This document shows, one piece after another, positions 49,317 through 62,707 of a DNA stretch of 64,000 bases (the first letter of the stretch is position 1; every line of letters starts with the position of its first letter). Source of the DNA: Haliotis cracherodii (taxonomy: Eukaryota); assembly GCF_022045235.1 (NCBI RefSeq), contig NW_027266275.1, forward strand, positions 73,718,001 through 73,782,000, written 5' to 3'. Below the pieces are notes generated by a model. It did not search any database. It had not been told where the DNA came from and worked only from the letters and a program-made list of their open reading frames with translations. A program made the translations under genes and the position numbers.

Positions 49317-49895
49317 GCACATTCTAAATGGTTTAGCTTTCGTGCAAGCCCCGTAGCCCTTAGGGGTCGTTTGGAAAGTTTGGAAAATTTGGAAAGCTCA
49401 CAGATGCCCTAAACATAGCGCTGCTAATCAATATCCTCCCCTTAAAACAGAATACCATTTAATTTTCACTTTTACTTTGAGTCCCCGTATCCCCCTGTGG
49501 TCATGGTGACATCTGATCAACATGCTTATATACAGGAACCGCAGTATATCTAACTGTGTAGCACACCACTTGTGTCATGAAGAGATTTGATGGGGTCATT
49601 ATCATCGACCTTAAATTAATCTTTGAATAAGAAAATGTGAATGTAGATCTGCTGTTATAGTCACGGGCGTCCATATAAGATATCATATCATACGAGGGCT
49701 TGTCAGAAAGTTCTAAGCCTGACTAACTTTCAACTATGGGTCATAACAAAGTGAACTAGTCCATGTAGTACATTGTTTGGGTAGTTCATTGCAAGTGTAT
49801 TTTTCTGTTGAGGCCGTTTGTATGACAGCCAGTTGAACGTGATGGGGGTCCAAATGGACACAGAAAAAATGGAAAAGAACGAGTACCGAGCAGTC

Positions 49896-50431
49896 CATCT
49901 TCCCGAGGCAAGAGAGTAAACTGACTTTAAAAGTCTAGTTTCCACCCTTGCCGAACTAGGCTAGAATTCCTGGGCTCGATCGTGGCGCCATCAGTGGCTA
50001 TTACGAGTTCTATGCCTCTCCTATGGACCAATCAGATTCCACCTCTCGTATCACTTGCATTTGCTCCAAACAAAACGGTGGCGCCCAGTCAAGACGATCT
50101 GATCGATAATCAAGATCTATATTGTGATAAAACGAGTCTTACATCACGGAGTACATCAAATCACGCGAGCACCTTGATTAAAAACATGAAAAGATTTAGA
50201 AAATATCTGTTGACAATGAGTTAGCGGTGCACTTGCTTTGCAAATCCTCTAATCGACCGAAATCTGCATGACAGTTTACGAACCGGATTTCGATTTCGGA
50301 GCGCGATTTTGATTGGACTATGCACAGACTCGTTAGTCCAGCCAAACTGTAACTCCATAATACCAGCCTAGTTCGGCAAATGTGGAAACTGGACTTTTAA
50401 AGTCAGTTAACTCTCTTGCCTCGGGAAGATG
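49896..50431. mobile_element. MITE with long TIR, CA..TG termini and 9-bp TSD (AcademH- or MULE-like), inserted in the mariner
   Basis: catcttcccgaggcaagagagt.aactgactttaaaagtc mirrored at the right end; TSD cgagcagtc at 49887-49895 and 50432-50440. Confidence 0.88.
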
Positions 50432-50509
50432 CGAGCAGTCATCAAGTTTTTGACTTGAGAGAAAAGTACTTCCCAAGGAATTTGTGACCCCATGTCACAA
50501 GTGTATGGG

Positions 50510-50670
50510 TGAGTGAGTATGGTTTTACGCCGCTTTTAGCAATATTCCAGCAATATCACGGCGGGGGACACCAGAAATGGGCTTCACACATTGTACCCAT
50601 GTCGGGAATCGAACCCGGGTCTTCGGCGTGACGAGCGAACGCTTTAACCACTAGGCTACCCGACCGCCCC
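50510..50670 (-). mobile_element. SINE family A inserted in the mariner, 15-bp TSD
   Basis: TSD tcacaagtgtatggg at 50495-50509 and 50671-50685. Confidence 0.93.
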
Positions 50671-52161
50671 TCACAAGTGTATGGGGATAGGTGCCCTAGC
50701 TGGTCTACTGTTGTACGTTGGACAGCTATGTTTAAGGCTTGGGGAACAAGCCTTGATGATGACCCTTGGTCTGGACGTCCCTCAACTTCCATCAATGAAG
50801 ATTCAATTAAGGAGATAGAACAATTTATACTGTCAGACAGACGTATTGCCATTGCTGAACTCGAGGAAGACACATGTCTGAGCCATGGATCCAATGAAAC
50901 TATTTTTCATGAACATTTATACAGATGAAAAAGAAATCTGCTCGTTGGGTGCCAAAGTTTCAAAATTCTGATCTTAAGAAAAAAACTGACATTGTCAGAG
51001 AATATTTAGAGCTAATTGAGGAGGATTGTGTCAAATTCAAAAAGAGACTAGTAACGAGTGATGAAACATGGGTTTTCTACTATGATTCCGAGTCAAAACG
51101 TCAATCCATGGTATAGCACCATTCCACTTCTCCGGCACCAAAGATAATCAAGTCTTCAAGATCAGCGAAGAAGGTTATGGTCACTGTATTCTGGGATGCG
51201 AAGGGTGTGATCCTTGTTGATTACGTAGAAAGTCAAAAGACGATTACCGGTTCCTACTATGCCGAAATGCTTCATCGCCTGAGAGATTCTATCGAAGAAA
51301 AGCGGCGAGGAATGCTGACTGCTATTTAATGACAATGTCTCTTCTCACACCTCTCGACTTGCAAAGGCTGCTGTGCGACGATGTGGGTTCGAAGAGCGTC
51401 CTCACCCTCCATCCTCGCCAGACCTGGCACCAAGTGATTTCCACCTGTTTCCGAAACAGAAAGAACACCTTCATTAAAAGCGCTATGACGACAACGATGA
51501 CCTCAAAGCTGCCGTGAAAGGATTTTTCAAGGTGGCTTCAGAAAACTTTTTCCTGACTGGAATTTCAAAACCTCACTGTCGACATGAGAAGTGTATTGAA
51601 AAGCAGAGAGATTGTGTTGAAAAATAAATTTAAAAACACTTTCACAATTGTTGATTTTGTTTGTTAGTCTTAGAACCTTTTAACGAACCCTCGTAATGGC
51701 GCACATTTCTGATTTAATGCCTGCGTGTGCATATCACGTATCACTGTTTTCTCTAGTTGACAAAATCGAGATAAATCGTGCTTCTGTACACATTTGCCAG
51801 AACTATAGTCCAGTAATATACACAGAACCAGCGGAGACTACTTCATAACTATACATATATTCAACGCATGCATGGTCAATAACTCTACATGACTCGACTG
51901 TTAATAAAAGAAAATAACGGGGAAATGCTCAGAATAGAAAACGTGACACGTTCAATTACTTATTTCGAGTTGGAATATATAATCCTGTGAATTGTACAGG
52001 ACTGAGTAACTAGTGGCGAACAAGGCTACATTTTTTAAGGAGCTCCCTGCCCTCATCCGGCCTCAGCTGTGACCGGTTACGTTATGTAAACAACTAAGGT
52101 ATATGCCCTGCATGCCCTGGCATTATTCCCATCTGGCCCTGGTGCCGTACTACTGGATAAG

Positions 52162-52298
52162 GTGAGTGAGTGAGTGAGTGAGTGAGTGAATGGGTGAATG
52201 GGTGGGTGGGTGAGTGAGTGAGTGAGTGAGTGAGTGAGTGAGTGAGTGAGTGAGTTGGGTTTAACGCCGCTTTGAACAGTATTCCAGTTATATCACGG
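52162..52298 (-). repeat. (GAGT)n microsatellite plus SINE 3' tail fragment
   Basis: Expanded tail followed by tgggtttaacgccgc..cagtattccagttatatc as in family C. Confidence 0.8.
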
Positions 52299-52355
52299 TT
52301 TTACAAGTTTACACGAAATTGTTTTATTGATGTTTGAAAGCTGAGTAAAAAACAA

Positions 52356-53041
52356 TGTTATACTCGGGTAATTTTGAAATTATGAAAACACATTCACAAT
52401 GTAATATTTTATTTAGATTATGACAATACATTCACAAAATTATAATATTGTTGCAGCCTCTGCTGGTCTAGATAAATGAAGACCAAGGCGGCGGGGTGTT
52501 AGACCCCTGTCTATTCCCGCTATGTAATGTGGCTATTACATGACACTCCTGTGGGTGACACGGGAGCGTAGCCTTCGGCCTGGGTGGCGGCCAACCCTTC
52601 TAGTTAGTCGTATGCAGTATAGCCTGTAAATTTGTACTGTGGTGCAGTGCTGTGATACTGACAAATGGTCAGAGGTGTTAAGATGGCTGGTGACATAGAT
52701 ATTCAAAATCATCAATCAAGACAAAGAACTAGCCTTCAGCCCTTTGATCAAGACAATAAAACAATTATACTAAAATGGAATAAACTGACTACCCTTAAAA
52801 CAAGAATGAACTGATCCTATAACCTCATTAAGCTATGAGAGTAATATACCCGAGATTGGGATAGACAGACAACTAATTACGACACTTAACAAGCTGTGTA
52901 GTCTGTTGAACTATATACATATATACAACGCATAATAAAATTTAATTGGTACAGTTGTTTAAAATGGTTGATTTTATCCCTGTTACAATATAAAATATTG
53001 TGAATGTATTGTCATAATTACAAAATTACCCGAGTATAACA
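52356..53041. mobile_element. Inverted-repeat element with TGTTA..TAACA termini (~45-bp TIR)
   Basis: tgttatactcgggtaattttg.aattatga.aa.acattcacaat mirrored at 52997-53041; no TSD found. Confidence 0.6.
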
Positions 53042-53047
53042 CTGGCG

Positions 53048-53282
53048 AAGGCTACCAGCAAAGGGACCACATGGTCGATTACCAGTTAGGAGCTATCATT
53101 TATTAAATGAATATTTTTTGTGTGCTATATGAGTGGAAAAAAACAATTAATTGATAATGCACTTAATATTCCGTTTTAAAGCTATTCAGTACATTTTCTT
53201 GTTATTTTGGAGGGTTGACGTTGTAGATTTTAAATCCACTCTAGGTCAATACCGACCAGGTGGCCCCTTTTCTAGTAGCCCT
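53048..53282. mobile_element. MITE with ~30-bp imperfect TIR
   Basis: aaggctaccagcaaagggaccacatggtcg / cgaccaggtggccccttttctagtagccct. Confidence 0.65.
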
Positions 53283-54429
53283 CCCCTTATCCTGCCGTAC
53301 CCTTCCAACTATTTAAAAACGGGTCAATAGTCAGAACTCCGCTACAACACGCATGCTGTTAGGAGCTTTTGTATGAGGGGAAAGGTTGGCGGTCATTGGG
53401 ACACTGCCATAGGTGAAGGTCGTGAAAAGCTTCTCTATCAGCTGCGACTGTCCTCTGCGTTGTATAAATCTGACAGTTTATAGTTCGCAGGAAATAAAAT
53501 GTTCGAAGAACCACCTCCCATTGCAAACTTCTGATTAATGATATCTAGAAATACTGCAAGGATATGAGGTAGGTTAATTTATGTTTGCGTTTTTGTAGAC
53601 CAAAGACATCTAGTCGTGCGTACCGTAACATATCGGTAGTTATTTGACAGACGTCCAAATTGCTTCTCTATTCGCTATCCATAATCCCTTCAGTGTATCA
53701 AACATATATTATGTTATAGTCTACGGTTTTGCTTGATTATTCCCTCAATATAAGCTCAGGTATACATATTAGATATGTTTTTATTATTGTTTGAAAATTG
53801 TAAGAGCAGTTTGTTTTGTCAAGAGACAATGGGACCAAAACAATCCGCCAATCAATGCAGATAATATTCGAAAAATAGTGCGTTCTTCAACTACCTGAGT
53901 TGTCGTTTCATTTTGATTATTCTTGATAAAAAAGTCCCCTAATTTTTCATCATTTTATTGTTATGTTCTCTGTTGACATGTATATTGAATCAGGTGAAGT
54001 CTTTTGGTGAGATTATGAAACAAAGCATTTTGGCTGTATATTTGGTACTTGTTTTAATGCTCGGTTTGTTAATATATTTACACATATTTTACAGAAACCT
54101 AAGTTTTATATACTGATTCTTTGATTATTGTATCATAGTTGCAGGTGAGATAAAAAAACCAAAAAACAAAACAGTCACATAGATCTATGTTATAACATGA
54201 AGTACCATTTTATGCAAAAATTGGGTTAGAAGATTAAAAAGGTTTAGCAATAAAGTGAATATGTAACCCAAATTCATGTCACTTTACAATATCATGACAA
54301 ATTAATTTGTTATTTAGAAGACAACTTCTTTCATAGCTTTAGTGTATTCAAGGTCCATGCATTTACTATGATTTGCTGTTTTGATATAGCTCTATATACT
54401 GCATGATAATTTTCACAGCTTTACAAAAA

Positions 54430-54582
54430 TGGCTTGGTAGCATGGTGGTTAAAGTGTTCACTCATCAAGCTGAAGACTCAAGTTCGAATCTCTACTCATG
54501 GTCGCAAATTGTGAAGCACATCATTGGCGTCCCCTGCCTAATATTGTCTAGAATACCAATAAATGCTGCATAGTAAATACAT
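54430..54582 (+). mobile_element. Old diverged SINE family A copy
   Basis: ggtagcatggtggttaaagtgttc..gaagac..gttcgaatc..gtgaagc. Confidence 0.6.
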
Positions 54583-55020
54583 TCTTAGAATTGTGATTGA
54601 TGCACAAGGATGATTAGAGAGTATCAGCATAAACAATCATAAATATTGAAATGGAGAAATGATAAATGTTACATGCTAACCTGGCTGCATAGGCTCCACA
54701 TGGCCCATACCTCATGTCCACATATTGCTTTGATGAGTGTTAGTTTGGTATGCACATTAGTGTCGTAACGATATATCAGACTATCAATGTATTGCAATTG
54801 TTTGCCCTATGATAGTACTATATTGATAGGAATTTTAAAATGCCAATAATACTGTCGATAGTGTGCATAGCAATCGATAGTTTCAACAGTTGCAATTAGT
54901 TTTAAATATAGCATAAATTATGTGAATTTCAAACTTGTCTGTGCTTGTCATGACAACTTCAGATTAGAGTTACTTTCCTTCGGTTTGAAAATGGCCAACT
55001 TTGAGACTTTTCAGCAATAC

Positions 55021-55576
55021 CAATCTCATGAAAATCAGATCTTAAATCTCGTTACTGCTAAACAAAGATCTGAGAACATCCCATTCCGGGTCACAACAGA
55101 ACAACCTTTTGCGAACTTTGACCGACCACTGACATCAGCCAATTAGAAAGCAGCTTTCTCTAGCTTTACGGCGCTCGTTTCAACCTAGCGACTTCCATTT
55201 CAAACTACGCTTGAAAAATATGTTGACACGGTTCTCGATTAAAAATTTGAAAACTGAACAAATAAACATTCCGGAATGTCTAATATATGGTTGCGATTGT
55301 ATGGCAGTGCTTCCCACATACTGTGCAACGTCTACTCCGTACAAATGTTTATCCCACGGAAGCGAGAGGACAGATGATAATTTTGACGTAATCAGTCGTA
55401 TGAGTCGTAACTGTTGTTAATGTTTTCGTGGTTGCATGATTAGAAAACGCATTCCGACTGTCACTTTCATGATCTGGTAAGCTGCGCTCTGATTGGTCAT
55501 TCTGATGTGACCCGTAATGGGAGGTCCTCAGATCTTTGTTTAGCGATAGCGAGAAGATCTTATTTCATTGGGATTG
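55021..55576. mobile_element. MITE with ~80-bp imperfect TIR, CAATC..GATTG termini and 9-bp TSD (AcademH-like)
   Basis: TSD cagcaatac at 55012-55020 and 55577-55585; gctaaacaaagatctgag / ctcagatctttgtttagc mirrored. Confidence 0.85.
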
Positions 55577-56942
55577 CAGCAATACTTTATTCATATTTAT
55601 GACAATTATTAAGATCATAATCAAGCCTTAATGTTGGTTTACTACTATTGCAATACAATCATATTAGCAGCAGTAGAAACTAACAGCTTTAGTTCACTAG
55701 TCCTTATAATGATAACATATAACCCCTTAGAAAGGGCAAATTTCTACTAGTTCTTATGATCCCTTAACTATTGGAAAGTTGGGCAAGGACTAAAGGACTA
55801 GTGACGATTACTAATACTGCATTAGTTAAAAACAGCCCCAATAGTCCGTCCCAAGTGAGCCCAAGTTCGTGCTTACTATGCTATATATATATCAGCAGAT
55901 GTTCAGTGATAATATAGTGCTTCACAGCTATATTAATATGATAAACAGGGTCAAGTTGTTTAGCAGTCACCACTTGTGCCACATATAACATGGCAGAGAG
56001 ATGGTTTATATTCTCTGCTTTCACTTTCAATTTGTATGAGTTCAGTTGAATATAGTGCAGGCTGAACTTTGTATGAACATTGGAACTAGTGACAAAAGAA
56101 TGTCGCTTGAGAATTTCAGGGTCATAAAATGTGAATTGTCCATGTGCTTGGTGTAGCTGTAATAGTGTGACCCATGTCACTCATGAAGAACATGATATGT
56201 GAATATGATATAATAGCATGACATCTGAATTTTTTCCTATAGAAATGTTAATTTAACCAGAGCTCGACAAGCCTTTTTGAACCATTGAGTATTAACTTAC
56301 ATGCTATCATTCTGTTTGATAATTCTGTTTAATTTGCTATGTTGGATGAATTCTGAATTGCATTTTTATTAATGTGTTGACCTAATGTTCCGTTTAAGCT
56401 CTCATTGGCGATATACAGTGTTCTCTTGTTTTTGTGCCCTTCAATAGCGCTAACTCAGTTGTAGTGAGTGATAATACATGGCTCCCAAAATTTAGGTACT
56501 TTTTATAACATTTTTAATTTTACACTGACACAATGTTTTCTTCACAAAATTATTACCATCTGATCACCACAAGCATGTAACACTGGAAATACCAGTCAAC
56601 AAATCTTGGCTTATTAGCAGGGACGGCTAAGGCCTGCAAGCTGATTGGATATCACCACCAGTGGGTACAGATTATACTTGATCGTTTCATTAGTTGTGGG
56701 GAGATTTGTCTTGATGTATATAATGCTGATATGGGTTCCATGTATGTCAAGACTATGGCTAGTAGGGTCATGTCAAGTTACCTTGATTAAACGTGAATTA
56801 TACAAATTTAGCAATGTAACATATGTTTCTTTTGAATTTTAGTGACCCCGAAATCACCAGATCATATTCCGAGAAATGATCACATTCCATGATAACTCAA
56901 AAACTATTGTCAATTGATCTGAGAATATTTTCAACACATAAA

Positions 56943-57296
56943 GACCGCCTCCATGGTCTGGTGGTAGAGTGTCCGCCTGGAGAGCTGAAGGTCCGGGATT
57001 CGATCCCCGGCCGTGTCATACCAAAAGACGTTAAAAGATGGTACTTGTTGTTACCCTGTCTGGCGCTTGGCATTGAGGGGCTAAACAAGGACTGGTCGGC
57101 TCGGAGTCAGTATACTGTGTCTGAGTGGGGTATTCATGTTAAACTGCGGCATGGTATCTCAGTGAGCTAGCACTATAAATCGGCATCAGTCTGGACTAGT
57201 ACAAGCAGCCACACAAACACACACACGTACATGCACGTCGCTATATAAGTGCCATAATCTTGGACGCAACGTTAAAATCCATTTCACCTTACCTTA
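56943..57296 (+). mobile_element. Full-length SINE family D (tRNA head, Meta-domain-like core), 10-bp TSD
   Basis: TSD aacacataaa at 56933-56942 and 57297-57306; A/B boxes; core gtcataccaaaagacgttaaaagatggtac..tggcgcttggcatt. Confidence 0.9.
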
Positions 57297-58829
57297 AACA
57301 CATAAATGTCTTGCAACAAAATAAATGAATGTACCGAAACGTGAACAATAAATGCAGTTGAAGAAATAATGTTTCGCGTGTTGTTTTCTCACCGAATTGT
57401 AAACTCTATTTGTGATGTAAGAAGCCTTTGTCACATTTCCCTTGTTGAAAGAAAGAGGAGAATGTTAGAAACCTTTAATCCCCCTCATACGAAGGAAAGT
57501 ACAGTGTACAAATGGTCATTGTTTAATTATGGGTAGGAGATTGTCTAACAGTTAAAAAGGGTGAAGAAAAGAAGAAAGAGAGAGAGAAATAGTTAATTTA
57601 TTTGTCACACATTACACTTTCTTTCCTTTGCTGAGAAAGTGTGCAATCATAATCGTGAACGGAGGCTTGCTAGCGATCAAGTATGTCATTTCGGAGCTAA
57701 ACAACAAGACCAAATATGGAGCCTCTGTATATTAAAGCTACCCCCTGCAGTATTTTCACTTCAGCCTTTGAAACTGAAAGACAGAACAAAAGTGCAATTA
57801 CTGCAAATAACCTTATATAATTTTGTAATTTGAAGTTTACACGATATACAGCTTTTCCATTGGACGAGAGGTCGGTCATATGAGCGCGAAATTGACACTC
57901 ATAAGTGTATGAACGACACAATTTGACGTTTATACGTTTGTGTGCTTGAAATGACGTCAACACTGACAGACTACTTCCACATTACAGGGGAACCCCCTGG
58001 GAATTCCCTAGCACGAACCTTTATTCTTGGTCTCAGTGTTTCAGTATACGTTGAGAAATTTCAGAGAGCGTGACTGCATGATTGTTCAGGAATATCCTTG
58101 CTGCGGCCAATCCTAATGAACAAACGAAGAAATGCACATCTAAACTATCGTAGTATCGACTCAATCCGTACCTAGGCTGACACTGTCTGTCTCCAGCAAT
58201 CTATGAATTTACCTTAGTGTCTGTTTGACACATCTTTATTCACCTTTCAATGATCGGCCAGTTGATCAATGATGACTAACACATGTAACCACCACAGGTT
58301 CATTAACAACTTCGAAAATCTCTCCCGTCACGTTTATTGTGTCAGCCATTTTGACGTCTTGTACTTGATGTGTATGTATTACGACGCGCTGTCATTGTGA
58401 CTGACTTACTGAGGAAGTTTCTTTAAGACCTTCCTCATCTAATGAGGAAGTGATTTGAACACATGTGCTGCGTAAGATGTTTCTGAAGAGCAAGTTGTGC
58501 ATCCATACGCCCATGTCACCATTCTTTTTGAGGAACTATTTTACTCCGCGATATAGCTGGTTGTTGTATGGCTGTCAGTGTAAACATAAATAAAATTGTG
58601 TTTAGATGTTGGCCTACATCCTTTGAGGTAAGAAATTGTGATAAAAAATTATAAGGATTATAAAATTATTGAATTGCAAGCTCTGACGTTCATACAGTTT
58701 GGCCCTCACTCTATGAAGGTTCATACTCCAATGAACTCACACAAAGTGAAGGTCAGTTCTTAATTACATGCTGTTTTCGATGTTTTGAATACGATATTTG
58801 CAATAATGATGTTACGATCTAACCAAATA

Positions 58830-60430
58830 TTCAAAGTTGTATATTCCTATGTGACTTGCACTTTAAGGAATTATTTAATTGTAAAGACATAATGTTACTG
58901 TCTAGCTGCGATACAACAGTATATAATGATATTGATTCTCATATCTGTAACAGTTGTTTAGATTTTTCTTATCTCAGAGATGCTATCTTGTGATATTACT
59001 GATGGAGGAAGTGTTAAAGTGTATTGATGTTTTAAAATTGAACACGGCAGCAGGTGAAGACGATATTCCACCTGAATTTTTCATATCCTCCGGAGGTTTC
59101 CAAGTTCCCTGTTTGAGAGACCTATTTAATAAGGTATTTCGGTATATTCCCTACAGTATGGAACATAGGTATGATCGTTGCTTTATTCAAATCTGGTAAA
59201 CTGAGTGAACCATCAAACTACACATCAATTTCCCTTATAGATATCTCGGTAAACTATACACAGGCATTTTAGATAATTCTTTATGTTCATGGGTGGAACT
59301 AAATGAATTACTTAGTGAAGCACAAACCCGGTTAAGGTGCAGCTATTCTACAGTTGATAATACATTCACTTTACAAGCTTTCTTTAAGAAGACATTCAAC
59401 CTTGTAGATTAAAGCTTTTATATGTGCTGCATACGAAAGCATGTCATGGAAAAATGTATTTCTTTTTAAAGAGCATGTATGACTCCGTGGCTGTATGTGT
59501 GATAACTGAGTTACTCTGGTAAGACAAAGACGTTTAATACCATATCATGATCATGTTTTAACAGTTTTCTTGCTGTTGGAAAGTTTGCTTCAAGTAAAGC
59601 TATATCCAAGCCCAGATGAAAGTAATTAAATATTTGACTAAACTTATATTTAGCCACATTATCGTTACATTACCAGAGTTTTTTTGGGTTTGGTAAGGGA
59701 TAGAATAAAATCAAAACAGAGTTATTGGTTGCTGGTGTCTTTAGATAATAATGGCAAACAAACTGTTACATGGACATCTGATGGCAGAACATTGTTATTT
59801 TCTTATGGTTTTTCCTATGTTTGGACTGCCCAAGATGTTGGGGATAAGTTATTGTTTGTTTCTACCTTTAAACAAAGACTCGTGGATATCCTTCTTTCAA
59901 GACTGGTCGGAAAGTATTAGATCCTCACTTTCTTTCACATCATGTTTCCATTAAATCTGTGTTGGAACCTGAGAAATATTTAACATTAAATGATAAATCC
60001 CTTCTTCATGTGATGTGTAAGTTTAGAATTACATTACATTGTTTAGAAATACAAGATGTTAGGAAGAACAAAGACATACACTATTCAAATATTATGTGTA
60101 CATGTTGTAAAGCTGGGTCTATTGAAGACGATTTCCGTGTTCTGTTTATCTGCCATGCCTTTGCCCTCCAAAGAAAGAAATATTTGCCACATTTAGAAAA
60201 TACATGCATAAATCACCAAGTAATGTACAATTTGCTCAACTCAAATGATGTAAGTACTATTATGTCAGTATCCATCTTTATCAAATAGATGCTCTATGAG
60301 GTTTCTGAGAGTTGTTAATTTAGCAAATGTCCTGTCAGTCACATGGCTATAAGTGTATTTTCTTCATTCAGTTGTACTCTGGGCCACAAGTCCTAAATAC
60401 TGAAATCACGTTTGTGTGAGTGTGTGTCTG
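58830..60430 (+). mobile_element. Heavily degraded, internally deleted LINE ORF2 (RT N-terminus to zinc knuckle)
   Basis: LKLNTAAGEDDIPPEFF, FSYGFSYVWTAQDVG, EPEKYL..CKFRI..CTCC..IEDDFRVLFIC in broken frames. Confidence 0.8.
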
Positions 60431-60917
60431 TCGATACACACAGAACAGTCATCAGTATATGTGGTGGCCATTGTGAACACATTCAATCATCCTTCACACA
60501 AGCCCAACAGTGCAAAACGATTTTTCTTTATTGGGCCGGTTGAGCTCCAAGGACAGGTCAGTGCACAGGGACAACACAATAGTCTCCGTCAGCTGTATAT
60601 TGTCATCACTCTATATTATGGTTCGGGTCAACTTGTTCCACTTGAATGATAGGTCATATTCCAATCAGCATACTGAAATAGTTACACGGGACAAAAGTGC
60701 AACTCAACCTTATTTATGTGCCGCTTTATATGTTTTGAATACAATATTTGCATTAGCGATGTCACAATCTATCTAAATCTGCAAAGGTGTATAAACCCAT
60801 GAGACTTACACTTTAAGTGACAATAAACGAGACATGGCACTTTTATGCATTCAATCAACACCTAAAGATCTGCCAAGTCATTTATGGTACCCAAGCAGGA
60901 AAGCAGCGTTAGAAATT

Positions 60918-61054
60918 GGCACTAGTCCTGTAGTCCTTACTGCCCAATAGTAAAGGTATCCTAAGGACTAGTAGAAATTGGCCCATTTTAAGGGTTTTGC
61001 TATATGTTATCATTATAAGGCCTAGTGGGCAAAAACTGTTTGTTTCTAACCCTG
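60918..61054 (-). mobile_element. Short DNA-transposon fragment; related copy in opposite orientation at ~55673-55803
   Basis: Shared ttataatgataacatat and tttctactagt / ggactagt motifs. Confidence 0.55.
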
Positions 61055-62707
61055 GAAAGGCTGGATTGTTAGTATGTGTGTCACGATCTATCTAAATCTG
61101 TAATAAACAAAACAGAAAAGATATAACATATTCATGCATGACATACTGTCATCTTGTCACATATTAATACTTTGTTTACATGCTTGTTCTTTTGTACTCT
61201 TTTGTACCACCAACGGTGGTTTGGAGAATAATAAACTGAAACTGAAACTGTTATGCTGTGGGTTTTTAAATTTTCATGCACATTTGTATGCAACCAGCTC
61301 AAATTTAGTTGGGTTGTGGTGAACAATTTTGCATACCGGTATTTTAAGTAAATAGGCAGCATATTTGGTCCTGAGTTGTTTCACATTACTGACATTCACT
61401 TTAAGGCAGCTATAAGTTAATTATCATTTTCATCATTTTTTATCCCTTCGGTTTGAAAAACTTGCTATACAGATCAGTCTAATGGTGAACTGATGCCTTT
61501 TGAAGATTTCGGATTTTGAAAAATACTGAACAGCAGTATTTTTTTCTTCGCTGAACCGAAAGTAATCCAATGACAATGAACCAAAAGTGGGTTAAGTAGC
61601 CAAACTCCATTTCTGAATCGCACCAGACTGGGGTGGATATGTCATCACCTGATGACTTTTGTGAAAAATGGGGTGGGGAGAGGATTTTTACTTTGTAAAC
61701 AATAAAACTGTTGAAGGCAAGTGTTTTGCCTTGGTTTGTTAGCCACACTACACAATGTCAAACATTAATATCTCATATTTGACATGGCATAACATAAATA
61801 GTGACCCAAATGTGTATTAAGGAACTGTGACTTTTCAAACTACTGATGAAACTAATTTATAAACTTCATGTGAACAAGACTCAGCATCCAAGCCATGAAT
61901 TTGTGCATATTGGATGCATAGTTTCAGAGGCATGTAAAACCCTGACTGTCTAGTGATGTGATTCACATCTCGGTCAGTCCAGTCGGTTCCTTACCAGGTT
62001 AACATGGAAACAGTTTTGTAATGGAATCCCTGATCATGCTGTTACAGATGCGAAGCCAGGTAAAAACGCGTTTTGTTCAACACCTACTGTATAAAAAGCC
62101 TGGCTGCACAGGTTGGTCCACTGAAAGCCTACTGAACATTTCTAGGTACCATGTAATCCCAAATTATAGTGGGTAAAAAACTAGAGGTACTAAGAACAGT
62201 ATGGTATATGCTTATTGTAACCAATGATTGCTTTAATACGTTTCATTCACACATAAAACTGAGCATATTTAGTGTAGTGCCTTTTAATGATTTCTACATG
62301 TAAATCCAGTAAAGATCTGTCAACCAGGACAGGACTTTTTACAAAATGGCTGTCACTCCCAAACTTGCTTTTAGTTACAAAATATTCTGGCTTGAGAACG
62401 AAGTACTGCATTGATATCACTTTTTTTTTTCTTAACTCCCTTGCATCTTACTGTAAGTTTAAGGCAATGCACATCCCTGCTCATATCAACTGGCATTTAG
62501 TAATCCAAACTGTTAAGGTTAGTAGCCAACTACGGATCACAGTTGATTATTTATAAAATGTTTTGGAATGGTGTACTATTTGGTTAGATATCTGCATCAG
62601 TATATATATATACATATATATAGAAGTGACTTATATAGTGACTTATATATATAAGTGACTTGTATAACATTTTAGCAAGTGTTTACCATGGAGTGATATA
62701 TTACAGG

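Larger units (their letters stand above)
49693..51693 (+). mobile_element. Mariner (D,D34D-type) transposon with pseudogenised transposase (49869-51627) and two nested insertions
   Basis: TA-CGAGGG..CCCTCG-TA ends; MEKNEYRAV/IKFL start, SGRP, ARWVPK, VTSDETW, KVMVTVFWD, HPPSSPDLAPSDFHLF; several stops and frameshifts. Confidence 0.93.

Noticed and set aside
53330-53580. Possible promoter or first exon of a downstream + strand gene (tataaa at 53464, gag|gtaggt at ~53569)
   Set aside because: No linked coding exon is identifiable within the window, and the motifs alone are insufficient.
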